Notes under the pieces: model-generated
The model's database searches: none
Told to the model about the DNA's origin: nothing
Seen by the model: only the letters and a program-made list of their open reading frames with translations
Assembly: GCA_964016885.1 (NCBI GenBank)
Contig: OZ024765.1
Coordinates: 23,312,001-23,376,000 of the forward strand
From: Eledone cirrhosa
Taxonomy: Eukaryota
DNA length: 64,000 nt
Reading direction: 5' to 3'
In this document: positions 1 to 13,289 of the stretch, piece after piece
Layout of the letters: every line of letters starts with the position of its first letter
Numbering within the stretch: position 1 is the stretch's first letter
Position numbers and translations under genes: made by a program

Positions 1-930
1 GATCTCACCACAACTATTTTTAGTTATATTTGTAGATTTAGGTGTTTTATCCTTTTTATTAGGAGCTTTATTATTAATATTTATTAGAGTTGTATGATGA
101 GTAGTTTTTTGAGAGTTACTATACTTTATATTAGAAGATTTGGTATTTTGGGGTATAGTGTGGGTGGCATTTAGGTGTGTACTTTTCATTTGGTGTTTGT
201 TGGTAATATTATGTTGTATGCTTTCAGTATTTTTAGTAGAAGGTATATACTCTAATCTATTTTTGTGGCCACTTCTATCTAGAGCTTCGTTATAGAAGGT
301 CGCATTTTTATCAAATACATCTTGGTTAGAAGAAAGGTTAGAAATTCTAAGTGATATATTATATGCAAGGTTTTTAAGGATAGATTTAGGGTGATTAGAT
401 TGTGAGTGTATGTAATGTAAGTTTTGGTTAGGTTTATGGTAAGGTTGGTAGATACCCGTAGCTAAATCTAAAGTTATATCTAGGAAATTTACTACTTTAC
501 TTGTTTTTTCAAAAGTAATATTAAGATTATAATAGTCTTTAAGGAAAGTTCTAATATGTTTTTTGTTTTTTTCAATTTCTGAAAGGCTAAGGTTGTTAGA
601 AAGAAGAAGACAGTCATCACGATATAAACCACCTTTAAGGTGGGGAAAAGAGGCATTTATGTTGAAAAGGAGAAAGAGGCCCACAAGATCAGTAATTTGG
701 GCGGAATCGCTTGAACCCATAGTAATATCAAAAGGATTACTATATGTGTTTCTGGTCCAGTATTCATTCTGAAATTCAATAAGTGTTAGTCTAGCATGTG
801 TAATAATATTAATGTCATCCAAAGTTAAGTTAGATCTATTTTTAGCAAATATCAATGCTTTGTTCAGGAGTATAGGTGATATAGAAGAATAGTAATTATC
901 TATATCAAATTGTAGGAATTATAGGAATTG
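1..930 (-). mobile_element. Penelope-like element RT fragment (same clade as the element at 53932-56150)
   Basis: Minus-strand translation gives FLQFDIDNYYSSISP, PFDITMGSSDSAQITDLVGLF, GLYRDD and VNFLDIT, matching the 636-aa ORF at 53932-55842. Truncated near 930. Confidence 0.85.
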
Positions 931-1523
931 TAGGAATTAATTATCAAATTGTAGGAATTAATTATATCGTGTAATCATAAACTAAAAAAAACATTTAAAT
1001 ATTATAAACCTAATTAATAACATTATTTTAGAAATTAATTTAATTTAAATGTTATTTAACCTATAAATTTAATTTAATTAAAATTTTATTACAGATGAGA
1101 ATATAAAATATTATGTAATCATAAATTGTGAAAAACCTTTAAATATTACTAATATATACTTAGTAATTTAATTTATAGATTAATTTTAATTTATTTAAAC
1201 CTTTTATTATAATTCTTTTACAGATAAATTATAACAAAATATTATCGTGTATCCAATGACAGAGAAATAATTTTTAGTATTATAGACCTAATTAATATAC
1301 ATTTTAGAAATATATTTATAATTTGGTTTTAATTTTAATCAACCTAAAAATTTAATTTTAATTTGCTTAAAATTGGTATCCTTATACAGACGAATTGCAG
1401 AAAGTCATGTAATCATAGAATGAGATGTGTTTTGGATATATACCTAGTTAATATATTCTATGCAATTTTTTGAAAAAGATATGTATATGTATATGTGTAT
1501 GTGTATGTGTGTGTGTATGTATA

Positions 1524-1554
<31 letters not shown>

Positions 1555-2389
1555 GTGTATATATATGTATATATGTATGTGTATATATATGTATATGTAT
1601 ATATGTATGTGTATGTATATGTATATGTATGTGTATTAATTTTGATGTCTATTTGCATATAATTATATTATGCTATTGATAAAATACAATATCTGTTTTA
1701 TGTATTATATACCTAATTAACATATACTATAGAAATAAATATATAATTTTTAATTTAGTTAACCTATAATTTATATTCTACTACCGATGTAATACTTTAT
1801 TTTATTTGTTTTTTTCCCTATTACTAAATTCATTTCCTAATATTGATACCATAACGTTATTAACTTTAATTTAGTTATACTATAATTAATACTCTACTAC
1901 TATTTAACTTTAAAATTCTGCTTCAAATATTATAAACCTAACTAATTCACACCTTAGAAATCAATATGTTAACTATCTTTGGTTTAGTTAACATATAGTT
2001 AATGGTATACTTGTTTATTTTGAGATGCATAGATTTTGCCTTAGTTCTTGTTTGTTGTATTTCCTAACACTGAAACTATGTAAAAACATACATTGGATCA
2101 AGATACGGAAAATATTCTGTTTCTTGAAACATATATTTAATATGATCCCCTTCTCCAAACCCCCCCTTTCCCCCATACTATTATCATCTGTATTTGTAAG
2201 CGTGTATGTATGAATATATATGTAGGTAGGTGTCTATATAGGTTTGGGTATTTATATCTGAATATAAAAATACATATATGCGCATGCAAATATGAATGTA
2301 AGATTGTGTGTGTATATATGAGTGTGTGTATATATGTGTATATATGCATGTATATATGTATGTGTATGTGAATGTGTATATGTATATGT

Positions 2390-2435
<46 letters not shown>

Positions 2436-2690
2436 ATATAGGGATATATATATATATATATATATGTATATGTATGTGTGTGTGTATGTATGTGTGTGTA
2501 TGTGTGTTGTGTATATATATATGTATGTCTCTCTATTTATATGTCTATCTTCGTATCTATGTGATATATGTGTGTGTGTGTGCATGTATGCACATATATG
2601 TGTTTATGTATATATATGTGTATGTATGTATATATGGGTGTATGCACACACATATATATGTGAGTGTGTATATGTGTCTGTGTATATGTA

Positions 2691-2725
<35 letters not shown>

Positions 2726-2896
2726 GGGTGTCTATGTGTGATTATATGTCTATATTTCGTATGTGTGTATATATGTATGTATATGTCTATATGTATATAT
2801 ATATATATATATAAGTATGTATATATATATATATATAAATTGAAACAAAATGAAAACGAAATTTCATTTCTCACTCTCAGTATGGCACTTACTTAA

Positions 2897-3495
2897 ATGT
2901 AAGTATGCATGTATACGTACATACATATATGTATACAGACGTACAGTAGCATGCACATATATACATATATATACATATATACATACATATGCATACAGGT
3001 ACACATACATATATGCACGTATCAGTTTAGCGGCGCTAACGTCGCTTTGTTCGTTTGTAAACAAACTGAACAGCCTGAATTTATGCCATACGGTGTTAAG
3101 GCAACCACGTCACCTTTTTGTTCAACACTCAGTGTGCAAATTAGGCTGCTCAGCCGTTAATTTTCATAAGGAAAGTATATACTTTCGAACGTTCAACTAT
3201 CTGGCAGATGGGTAAACGGTGCTGATGATAGCTAACAAGCTTGAGACTAGTGCATCGTTCCTGTGTCAGTGTTGAACAAAAAGGTGACGTGGTTGCCTTA
3301 ACACCGTATGGCATAAATTCAGGCTGTTCAGTTTGTTTACAAACGAACAAAGCGACGTTAGCGCCGCTAAACTGATACGTGCATATATGTATGTGTACCT
3401 GTATGCATATGTATGTATATATGTATATATATGTATATATGTGCATGCTACTGTACGTCTGTATACATATATGTATGTACGTATACATGCATACT

Positions 3496-3500
<5 letters not shown>
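2897..3500. repeat. Inverted repeat (arms about 2897-3129 and 3268-3500) around a hammerhead-bearing spacer
   Basis: The arms read as exact reverse complements, giving the same ORF on both strands in the track. Spacer plus right arm recur, diverged, at about 43075-43420. Confidence 0.9.
3215..3259 (+). ncRNA. Minimal type I hammerhead ribozyme, core-mutated copy
   Basis: aacggtg CTGATGA t agct aaca agct t GAGA ctag TG catcgtt. Stems I and II pair; GAAA is GAGA and the cleavage triplet is GUG. Confidence 0.7.
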
Positions 3501-3532
<32 letters not shown>

Positions 3533-3662
3533 TTTATTTTATTTTTTTATTATTATAATATAACTTATGTGTATGTGTGTATATGTGAGGTTGTGTATGT
3601 GTATGTAATATGTGTATATATAAGTGTAGAAAAATTATATATATATGTGCATGTCTGTTTTT

Positions 3663-3694
<32 letters not shown>

Positions 3695-4204
3695 CGTGTG
3701 TATATATATGTATATGTGGGTGTTTGTATGTGTATTTATGGTGGTATGTGTGTGTGGGTATCTATATATATATATATATATGAATGTATGTGTGTATGTA
3801 TATATATATGTATATGTATATATATATATGTATATATATGTATGTATATATATGTCTCGATTAATGCGTGTATATATGTATATACATATGCCTTTTTATT
3901 TTTATTTGTATGTCTGAGTTAGGTGAGGTTGTAGTGGCGTTTTTATGTATATACGCATATATGGATGCGTATGTATTTGTATATATGAGTATAAGTAAGT
4001 GCATATATATGTATGATTATATATCTAATTCTATGTATGAATATACATGTATATATATGTATGTATGTAAGTTGTGTGTGTATGTATGTATGTGTCTATG
4101 TGTGTATATATATATGTATGTATATCGATGTACGTGTATGTATGTACATGTACGTCTATGTATGTGTGTATGTATATGTATGTATATGTGTGTGTATGTG
4201 TATA

Positions 4205-4256
<52 letters not shown>

Positions 4257-4546
4257 TATGTATATATCTTTGTTATTTATTTTTTTTATATATATGTGTA
4301 TGTGTGTATATGTTGTGTGTGTGTGTGTATGTATATATATCTTTATATATGTGTAAGTGTATGTTCGTGTAGGTGTTTGTGTGTGTATGACTTTATATGT
4401 ATGTGTGTATGTGTGTATGCGTATATATTTCTATGCGTGTGTACATGTATGTATGTGTGTGTATGTGTATGTGTGTGTATGTGTATATGTATGTGTATAT
4501 ATATATATATATATATGTTATATATATATATGTGTATATATATATC

Positions 4547-4580
<34 letters not shown>

Positions 4581-4899
4581 TATGTTTTTCTATTTGTATA
4601 TGTATGTGTGTATAGGTATATACCTTTCTCTTTGTATTTCTAAGTTGTGTGATAGTGTACTGGTGTTTGTATGTATATACCGATATATAGATGCGTAAGT
4701 ATTTGTCTGTATGTATATATGTAAGTCTGTATATATTTGTGTGTATATATAGCTATGTATGTGTATATCTGTATGTATATTAGTATGTAAGTGTTGTATA
4801 TGTGCATGTATGTGTGTGGTTATATATATGTGCGTCTATATAGTATGTGTGATTATATGTATATGTGTGTGTATATGTACGTGTATATACATATATGTG

Positions 4900-4940
<41 letters not shown>

Positions 4941-5140
4941 GTATATATATATGTGTATTTGTGCGTATGTGTATATGTATGTATGTGTGTATATGTTTAT
5001 GTATATGTTTATATATGTGTGTGTATGTATGTTCTTAGTGTGGATGTGTGTATATGTATGTATGTGTTTGTATATGTGTGTATATTTTATGTATGTGTGT
5101 GTGTGTGTCTATGTGTATATATATGTATATTGTATATATA

Positions 5141-5179
<39 letters not shown>

Positions 5180-5861
5180 ATATATGTATGTATATATATA
5201 TATATATATGTATATTTTCTTGATATATTTCTTTTTTCTTTTTTCTTTTTTCTTTTTTTTTTTCTTTTTTCTTTCTATTCTTTCCTCTTTAATGTTTTTT
5301 TATTATTTTTTATTTTCTTAGTTTATAGATACATCTATATTAGGCAGTCTGCTCAGACCGTTGAATACTGACCTCTCCCCCCCCCCCTCCCACCTAATTT
5401 CTGTATCTTGATCTAAAAATGTGTGTGCCAGTGTTTATGTGAGTGAATTAATATCCATGTGCTTATGATTTTATATCCACATATATAAATGTGAGTGGGG
5501 GTGTGTGTGTGTTTGTATGTTCGTGATTATGTGTATATTTATGCATATACGCGCGTGTATGTGTGATTGTACGGATAAGTGTGAGTATGAAAAAATATAT
5601 TTATATTTCATACTTGTGTCAATACGCATCTTATCTGTGCATTATAAACTTACAGAGACATTAACCTTGAAATTTTGTATTTGCATCCATCCTTTTAGTA
5701 TGCGTATACAAATTATACATACATTTTTGTAAAATATGTGTAAGGGTTTTACATGTATATACACACACCGAACTGCATTTAACCCTTTGTGTTTTCATTG
5801 GTCAATTTTGTTCCCAAACGGACCTGAAATTTTGAATTGTTGTTATTATCAATAAATATAC

Positions 5862-6015
5862 TTCATTAGTTCTGAAGACGGCGTATATATGTGTTGGTAT
5901 GTATATTTAATCTTGATAATTTGTATAATTTTGTATAATTTTGTACATAGATCTGTTGAATATGCATACCAATTCTAACACATATATATCCTAGAAACGA
6001 TCGTTAAATAATGAA
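5862..6015 (+). ncRNA. Type I hammerhead ribozyme with very long stem II
   Basis: ttcattagtt CTGAAGA [about 115-nt hairpin: tatatatgtgttgg/ctaacacatatata, ggtatgtatattta/tgaatatgcatacc] GAAA cgatcg TT aaataatgaa. Confidence 0.75.
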
Positions 6016-6202
6016 CTTTTTTTGTTTAATATAAGGAATTGTTTATTCATTATTTGTTTAATATTTTATCTTGACTCTGTATACCGTTTATCTTTCACCG
6101 AAAGTGATTTTTCATTACATCTCTTCTTTCCATGATATCCGGAATACATTGAGTTCTTCATACGGATTGGACACTACCGTAAACTCTTGGTAGATTTATC
6201 TA

Positions 6203-6445
6203 CATATATATTATATATATATATTATATATATATATATTATATATATATATATTATATATATATATTATATATATATATTATATATATATATTATATAT
6301 ATATATTATATATATATATTATATATATATATTATATATATATATTATATATATATATTATATATATATATTATATATATATATTATATATATATATTAT
6401 ATATATTATATATATATATAATATATATATTATATATATAATATA

Positions 6446-6512
<67 letters not shown>
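6203..6512. repeat. (TA)n-derived pure A/T tract
   Basis: Repeating TATATATATAT-TA units. Confidence 0.95.
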
Positions 6513-9091
6513 CGGACAATATAGAGGGAGAGTGGGAATTTCTGAAAGCAAACCTGCTGTTGGCGACAGACGAGGTCTGTGGCTGGAGCAGGCCTGTAGG
6601 CAGGAGGAGAGTAACATGGTGGTGGAACAGTAAGGTGGAGGGGTCAATTAAGGCCAAAAAGCAGGCTTGGAAAGTATGGCGGGATGGGGGAAGTAGAGAG
6701 GACTATCAAGTGGCCAGGAGGGAAGCTAGGAGACAAGTGTACTTAGCAAGAAGGGAAGCTGAGGAAAGAAAGTTCAAGCATGTTCTACAACGCGATGACC
6801 AAAAACGTGAGGTGTTCAGGATTGCTAGGCAATGCGTCAAGGAAAACCGTGATATTGTCGGGGAGAAGTGTGTACTAAACGACGATGGCACACTTGCCAT
6901 CACCGACGCTGATAAGAAGGTAGCTTGGAAGTGTCACTATGAAAGGCTACTAAATGAGGAGAATAATTGGGAGAAAGGCAGTCTCCCCCATATCGACCCA
7001 ATAGAGGGACCAGCAGTGTTAGTCGAGGGGAGTATAATAAGTAAGGCAATCAAGGATATGAAGACTGGTAAGGCGGCTGGGCCTTCGGAAATAGTTGCTG
7101 AGATGCTGAAGGCATCTGGCACGGTGGGACACACCATGGTCACCCGCATAGTTAACCAAGTCGTACAGAATGGGGTTGTTCCGAAGGACTGGCATAGCAG
7201 CATCATCGTTAACTGTTATAAGGGTAAAGGAGACGCCCTAGATAGGAGTAACTATAGAGGCATTAAATTAATCGACCAGGTCATGAAGGTCACGGAAAAA
7301 GTAATAGCGCAACTAATCAGAGAGAGAATTGACCTAGATGAAATGCAGTTCGGGTTTGTGTCAGGCAAAAGTACCACAGACGCTCTTTTCATAGTACGAC
7401 AACTACAGGAGAAGTACCTAGCTAAAGGTAAACCCCTCTACTTAGCTTTTGTCGACTTGGAGAAAGCCTTCGACAGAGTCCCCCGCTCCATTATCTGGTG
7501 GGCTCTTAGAAAACTAGGCGTTGACGAATGGCTTGTGAGGGCTATACAAGCCATGTATAAAGAAACAGTCAGCAAGGTTAGAATTAACAACGAATATAGT
7601 GAAGAGTTTAGCGTAAAAGTTGGCGTCCATCAGGGCTCTGTTCTCAGTCCACTACTATTTATTATTGCCCTTCAGGCTATAACAGAGGAGTTCAAGACAG
7701 GCTGCCCATGGGAACTCCTATACGCAGACGACCTGACACTCATAGCGGAATCAATGGCCGAGCTAGAGAAGAAATTCCAAACATGGAAGCACGGCCTAGA
7801 GTCAAAAGGACTTAAAATTAACCTGGCTAAGACCAAAGTACTAGTTTGTAGGAAAGAAAACAAGGCGGCGGTCCCTTCTGGGAAATGGTCGTGCTCGGTG
7901 TGTAGGAAAGGCGTAGGTAGAAACTCCATTTTATGTCCTAAATGCAAAGTATGGGTGCATAAAAGATGTAGTGGGATCACAGGTAAGCTAACTAAGAACA
8001 TAGATTTTACATGTGGCCGGTGCTCTGGTGCAATAAGTAGCAGCAAGTGCCCACAAACTACTAGCTCTTTCAATTGCGCAGAGGGTTCTATAGAAATAGT
8101 GGACAGCTTCCGTTACCTGGGCGATAAAATCAGCAGTGGGGGAGGGTGCTCTGAAAGTACTGTAGCTAGAGTCAGAACTGGTTGGAAAAAGTTCAGAGAG
8201 CTTATACCACTATTAGCTGCTAAAGGGTTCTCACTAAAAATGAAAGGCAGGTTGTACGATGCCTGCATACGAACAGCAATGCTGCATGGCAGTGAGACCT
8301 GGGCATTGTGTGCAGAGGATATACGCAGACTAGAGAGGAACGAAGCTTGCATGCTCCGCTGGATGTGTAACAGTAATATACGTGAACGGCAAAGCATAAA
8401 CGAACTAAGGAAAAAATTAGAGATAAGAGGGATCAGATGTTGTTTACTCGAGAGAAGGCTACGTTGGTATGGACACGTGATGCGCATGAAAGTCGATAGC
8501 TGTATAACAAAGTGCAGGGCAATAAAGATAGACGGTAGTCACGGAATAGGCAGACCTAGAAAAACCTGGGACGAGCTGATAAACTCCGACAGATAAACTC
8601 CGACATCACACACTTACACCTCTCCAAGACAATGTCACTGGACCGAGACCTTTGGCGGTACTCAGTAACAGAGAAGACCCGCCTTACCTAAATATATAGT
8701 AAAACCTACTCCAGCCAGTAGGCATCTCTAACAAAATACACCCCGTCCCACCACCACCACCCCCACCCGATCCACACCACCCCGTTCTATGTAAAGTTAT
8801 GTTGGTGCCGCGCCATCGAGGCCGAAACAAATGAGATCGTGTAGGTGTCACGACAAAAAACACACAGTCCACGCTGTAATGTGGCCGTGTAGGCAACACG
8901 GTAAAAACCTCCCAGACCCACACTGTAAATGTGGTTGGTGTTAGGAAGGGCATCCAACTGTAGAAAACCTGCCAGACAGTCCTATGCGAGCAAGACAATC
9001 ACTCTTGCCTCAAGTGGGACTACCCCCGTCCAAACCCATGCAAGCGTGGAACACGGACGTTAAACGTTGATGATGATGATGATGATGATGA
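6513..9091 (+). mobile_element. RTEX-type non-LTR retrotransposon, 5'-truncated, long open RT ORF (6560-8596)
   Basis: NYRGIKL, FVDLEKAFDRV, GVHQGSVLSPLLF and LLYADD motifs; Cys-rich insert CSVC..CPKC..WVHKRC..CGRC; RLRWYGHV; (GAT)n tail. An ataaactccgac duplication at 8579-8604 creates the stop. Confidence 0.95.
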
Positions 9092-9099
9092 TATATATA

Positions 9100-9162
<63 letters not shown>

Positions 9163-9454
9163 CTCCTTCTACCTGGAGTTGTGACCAATAGATAGTATTA
9201 GCAATTGGAAAGACCAATGGAAACATTGTTTCTTCGGTCCAATTTGACGAAAGTCGATCGACTGACGATATATGTATATATATATATTATACATATATAT
9301 ATAAAATATATATATATGTGTCACTTGCTGGATCTGCTAGAAGGACCCAGATAATATGAGATGTTCTCTCGGCTGTATCATATACTGCAAATCTATGCAG
9401 ATGTATACACATATATACACAAACACATAAAGATACACAAGTAATTATACACAC

Positions 9455-9980
9455 ATTGAAGTGGTTGATAGCTTCTGTGACTTAATTAGCAGTGGAGGAT
9501 GACTGTATAACACCTGCCAATAAAGTATAATGCTGCATGGTCGTGAAACAAGGGCTGTGACAGCAGAAAAAAAGCGTAGACTGGAGAGAAATGAAGCAAC
9601 CATGATTCATTGGATATGCCATTTAAGTGTGAGAGAAAGCAGAGCTTGGATAAGTTGAGGGAGAAGCTGGGTTTAAGAGGGAACTTAAGAGATGTGTAAG
9701 AGAGAAGACTGAAATGGTAAGGACATGTGATACACATGGATAATGACAACTGGGTGAAGAAGTGCCAGGACATCCCAGTAGAAGGAAGCCATAGTAGAGG
9801 TAGACCAAGAAAGACCTGGAGAGAGGCTGTTGTGAACTGACTTCAAATGACTGACTCTCACAGAGGATATGACAAAGGAACACGACAAGTTCAAAGATGC
9901 CATGTTGAGAAGGACATGTCCAAACCAAAAAAGCATGGAAAAACGAACATAAAAACAGTGATGATGTTGATGAAGATGAC
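9455..9980 (+). mobile_element. Decayed RTEX 3' fragment (paralogue at 21058-21690)
   Basis: Homologous to the RTEX 3' end with a GAT tail; part of the ZNF segmental duplication. Confidence 0.75.
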
Positions 9981-10202
9981 GTACATATACACACATACAT
10001 AATAAATAAATCAAATACAGATATGCACATACTTATATACAAACACAGATACAAACATATACATGGACACAAATTTCTACACACATACATTCACATATAT
10101 ATAACGTATGTCAATTCTGAACAATACAGTTTTGTCAGCACAAGTCTTGGTTACAACTTCTACAAATAAAATGAAAGGAGAAGAATTTCTTAGTAAAACA
10201 GT

Positions 10203-10208
10203 TTTATT
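10203..10208 (-). promoter_or_regulatory. Candidate polyadenylation signal of ZNF gene A
   Basis: AATAAA on the minus strand, conserved in the paralogue at about 21898-21903. Confidence 0.45.
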
Positions 10209-10299
10209 CAAAATATTAACAACATTGGTGGCACTATTTTAGGTGAGTGACATGGTTTTTATCTTGTCTGATTGTGTTTGTGTTGCATCAAGTAACCTT

Positions 10300-10550
10300 T
10301 ACAAGAGAATTATTTACCACAGACATCACAGTGATATGGTTCCTCTCCTGTATATGTTATTGTCTAGTGAAGCCACAACATTTAGAGAAGGATTTATCAC
10401 AGACATCACAGTGATATGGTTCCTCTCCTGTACATGTTAGTGTCTAGTGAAGCCACAATATTTAGAGAAGGATTTATCACAGACATCACAGTGATATGGT
10501 TCCTCCCCTGTATATTAGTGTGTAGTGAAACCAAAATTAGAAAATGATTT
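10300..10550 (-). repeat. 80-bp minisatellite made from a frameshifted zinc finger (3 copies)
   Basis: The ttcctc anchor recurs at 10339, 10419 and 10499; the unit resembles the 84-bp finger unit. Confidence 0.8.
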
Positions 10551-10998
10551 ACATGGGTGGATGTGGCGAGAGCAGACGTTTGAAGCTCACGGTGGTGATG
10601 ACAAAGGACCGTGACATGTGAAGAGATGCTTTGCTGAATAGGACCAATCCCACACTTGCAAGCAGGGAAAAGCGGACGTAAAATGATGATGACGATGATG
10701 ATGATGATATAGTTTCCCTCATCTATGCATATATTTAGTTAAATTGCTGCATTAAAAGATATATTTTCCAAACATATCAAAGTGATATGGCTTCGCCCCT
10801 GTATATGTTTGTGTGAAGTTAATGTAGCATTGAAAGAGAATGATTTACCATAGATATTACACTGATATATATTTGTATTCTCATTAATTCACAATTTTGA
10901 GAGGATTTATCATTGATGTCAATGAATTAAAATTTCTCCTCTGCATATATGAGTTTGTGAGTAGAGAATGATATACCACAGATATCACAGTGATATGG

Positions 10999-12519
10999 CT
11001 AGTCTTCTGTATGCGTATGTTTGTGTCTAGTTAAGGTACTACTTTGAGAGAATGATTTACCACAGATATCACAGTGATATGGCTTGTCTCCTGTATGTAT
11101 ACGTTTGTGGCTAGTTAAGTGACTACTTAGAGAGAATGATTTACCACAGATATCACAGTGGTATGGCTTGTCTCCTGTATGGGTACGTTTGTGTCTATTT
11201 AAATGACCACTTACAGAGAATGAGTTGCCACAGATATCACAGCGATATGGCTTGTCTCCTGTATGCATACGAATGTGGGAAGTTAAGTGACTACTTAGAG
11301 AGAATGATTTACCACAGATAACACAGTGGTATGGCTTGTCTCCTGTATGGGTACGTTTGTGGCTAGTTAAGTTACTACTCTCAGAGAATGATTTACCACA
11401 GATATCACAGTGATATGGCTTGTCTCCTGTATGGGTACGTTTGTGGCTAGTTAAGTGACCACTTACAGAGAATGATTTACCACAGATATCACAGTGATAT
11501 GGCTTGTCTCCTGTATGGGTACGTTTGTGTCTATTTAAATGACCACTTACAGAGAATGAGTTACCACAGATATCACAGTGGTATGGCTTGTCTCCTGTAT
11601 GGGTACGTTTGTGGCTAGTTAAGTTACTACTCTCAGAGAATGATTTACCACAGATATCACAGTGGTATGGCTTGTCTCCTTTATGTATACGTTTGTGGCT
11701 AGTTAAGGAACTACTCGCAGAGAATGATTTACCACAGATATCACAGTGGTGTGGCTTGTCTCCTGTATGGGTACGTTTATGTTTAGTTAAGGTACTACTA
11801 TCAGAGAATGATTTACCACATATATCACAGTGGTATGGCTTGTCTCCTGTATGTATACGTTTGTGGCTAGTTAAGGAACTACTCACAGAGAATGATTTAC
11901 CACAGATATCACAGCGATATGGCTTGTCTCCTGTATGCATACGTTTGTGGGAAGTTAACTGACTACTTTGAGAGAATGATTTCCCACAGATGTCACAGTG
12001 GTATGGCTTGTCTCCTGTATGGGTACGTAAGTGTTTAGTTAATGCATCACTTTGAGAGAATGTTTTACCACAGATATCACAGCGATATGGCTTGTCTCCT
12101 GTATGGGTACGTAAGTGTTTAGTTAATGCATCACTTCGAGGAAATGTTTTACCACAGATATCACAGTGATATGGCCTATAACCTGTATGTAAATGGTTGT
12201 GAGTAGTTAAGGTACTACTTTTAGTGAATGATTTACCACAGATCTCACAGTGATATGGCTTCTCACCTGTATGTAAATGGTTGTGACAAGTTAGGCTACT
12301 TTTCCCAGAAAATGATTTAGCACAGATATTACAGTGATATGGTTTGTCTCCTGTATGTATAACTTTGTGAGTAGTTAAGGTACTACATATATTGAATGAT
12401 TTACCACAGATATTGCAGTGATATGGTTTCTCTTCTCCAACCTTTGTCATCTCACCAGGAATACTAAACATTTTCGATTGTGTTTCGCATTTAACCTTTT
12501 CACTCAATTTATTTTCCAT
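10999..12519 (-). CDS. C2H2 zinc-finger protein A, 506 aa, 17 tandem fingers, single coding exon
   Basis: Open ORF of CxxC-x12-HxxxH fingers with TGDKPY linkers; no KRAB, BTB or ZAD domain visible. Upstream acceptor ttctctcttatttcag at 12677. Confidence 0.93.
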   Translation of the reverse strand: MENKLSEKVKCETQSKMFSIPGEMTKVGEEKPYHCNICGKSFNICSTLTTHKVIHTGDKPYHCNICAKSFSGKSSLTCHNHLHTGEKPYHCEICGKSFTKSSTLTTHNHLHTGYRPYHCDICGKTFPRSDALTKHLRTHTGDKPYRCDICGKTFSQSDALTKHLRTHTGDKPYHCDICGKSFSQSSQLTSHKRMHTGDKPYRCDICGKSFSVSSSLTSHKRIHTGDKPYHCDICGKSFSDSSTLTKHKRTHTGDKPHHCDICGKSFSASSSLTSHKRIHKGDKPYHCDICGKSFSESSNLTSHKRTHTGDKPYHCDICGNSFSVSGHLNRHKRTHTGDKPYHCDICGKSFSVSGHLTSHKRTHTGDKPYHCDICGKSFSESSNLTSHKRTHTGDKPYHCVICGKSFSLSSHLTSHIRMHTGDKPYRCDICGNSFSVSGHLNRHKRTHTGDKPYHCDICGKSFSLSSHLTSHKRIHTGDKPYHCDICGKSFSQSSTLTRHKHTHTED

Positions 12520-13289
12520 AATAATTTTATCTCCTAATATATATTATATTCCTAAAAAATATATCTTCTATATTTCCCTCAACTGTGATTTCAGTTAATA
12601 GTCTTCAAATGATGATAAATAGAGGTGATGTATCTGAGATTGAAAATAATAATTTATCCCAATGTGATCTGGTATTCTGAAATAAGAGAGAAACAGTATG
12701 AGATAATACAGAATACTTAAGAAGCAGAGATAGATTTAACAGTGGAAATTTTATGTTTCTATGGTGGTAAAATGTAGATATCAACTTTCCTGTCCAGAGT
12801 AATTCTCTCCGATGCAAACAGTGGTATTCCAGCATGCTCTATAAATGTTATCCTTCTATCTCTAGAGAAGTCTGCTCTATGGCAGTTTAGTGAAAAATTC
12901 ATTCTGATAGGACTTTCTAACATAGCTATTATCTCCTCTCCTGGTGACATGTCAACACCAGTTTAACATCCATCTTTTTATTAGTAGGAGTCAATTGTTC
13001 CTCTATATCTTTTTCTTACTTCTTTTCTATCTTTCGCTGGGAGAAATCGGCCGTGTTTAGACCAGGAGTTACGAGTCTATATGAATCCATACAATATCTG
13101 ATTTCACTTGAAGTTTTATTCAGATCTCAATTGTGTTCAAACGAGAGAGGTGATGGGTTCCATCAGGTTTTAAAATATGCCCGAGAAATATTGTATGTCA
13201 CTTAGAGCACCCCTACGACTCCGCCAGTGTTTCATTTGTTTAGGACTATGTCTGGGTTAGCCAGCCAAGTATCAGTAGAAGGGAAAACA

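Larger units (their letters stand above)
1480..5340. repeat. Compound (TA)n/(TG)n/(TATG)n microsatellite tracts
   Basis: Seen directly; these tracts produce the spurious YI/CV-rich ORFs. Interrupted by non-microsatellite sequence at about 1640-2200 and 2835-3370. Confidence 0.95.

Noticed and set aside
1458-5371. Many 60-190 aa ORFs rich in Y, I, C, V, M and H (also 51846-52308 and 57254-60764, including the 464-aa ORF)
   Set aside because: Translations of dinucleotide microsatellites that lack stops by composition.
9245-9268. GAAA gtcgatcgac TG palindrome
   Set aside because: No upstream CUGANGA or stem I; it is the tail of a SINE also seen at 13488.
11136-11962. Plus-strand ORFs over the zinc-finger gene
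   Set aside because: Antisense shadows of the repetitive finger array.
12960-13230. Possible DNA transposon end (reverse complement cactggcggagtcgtagggg)
   Set aside because: No matching second terminus or target duplication found.
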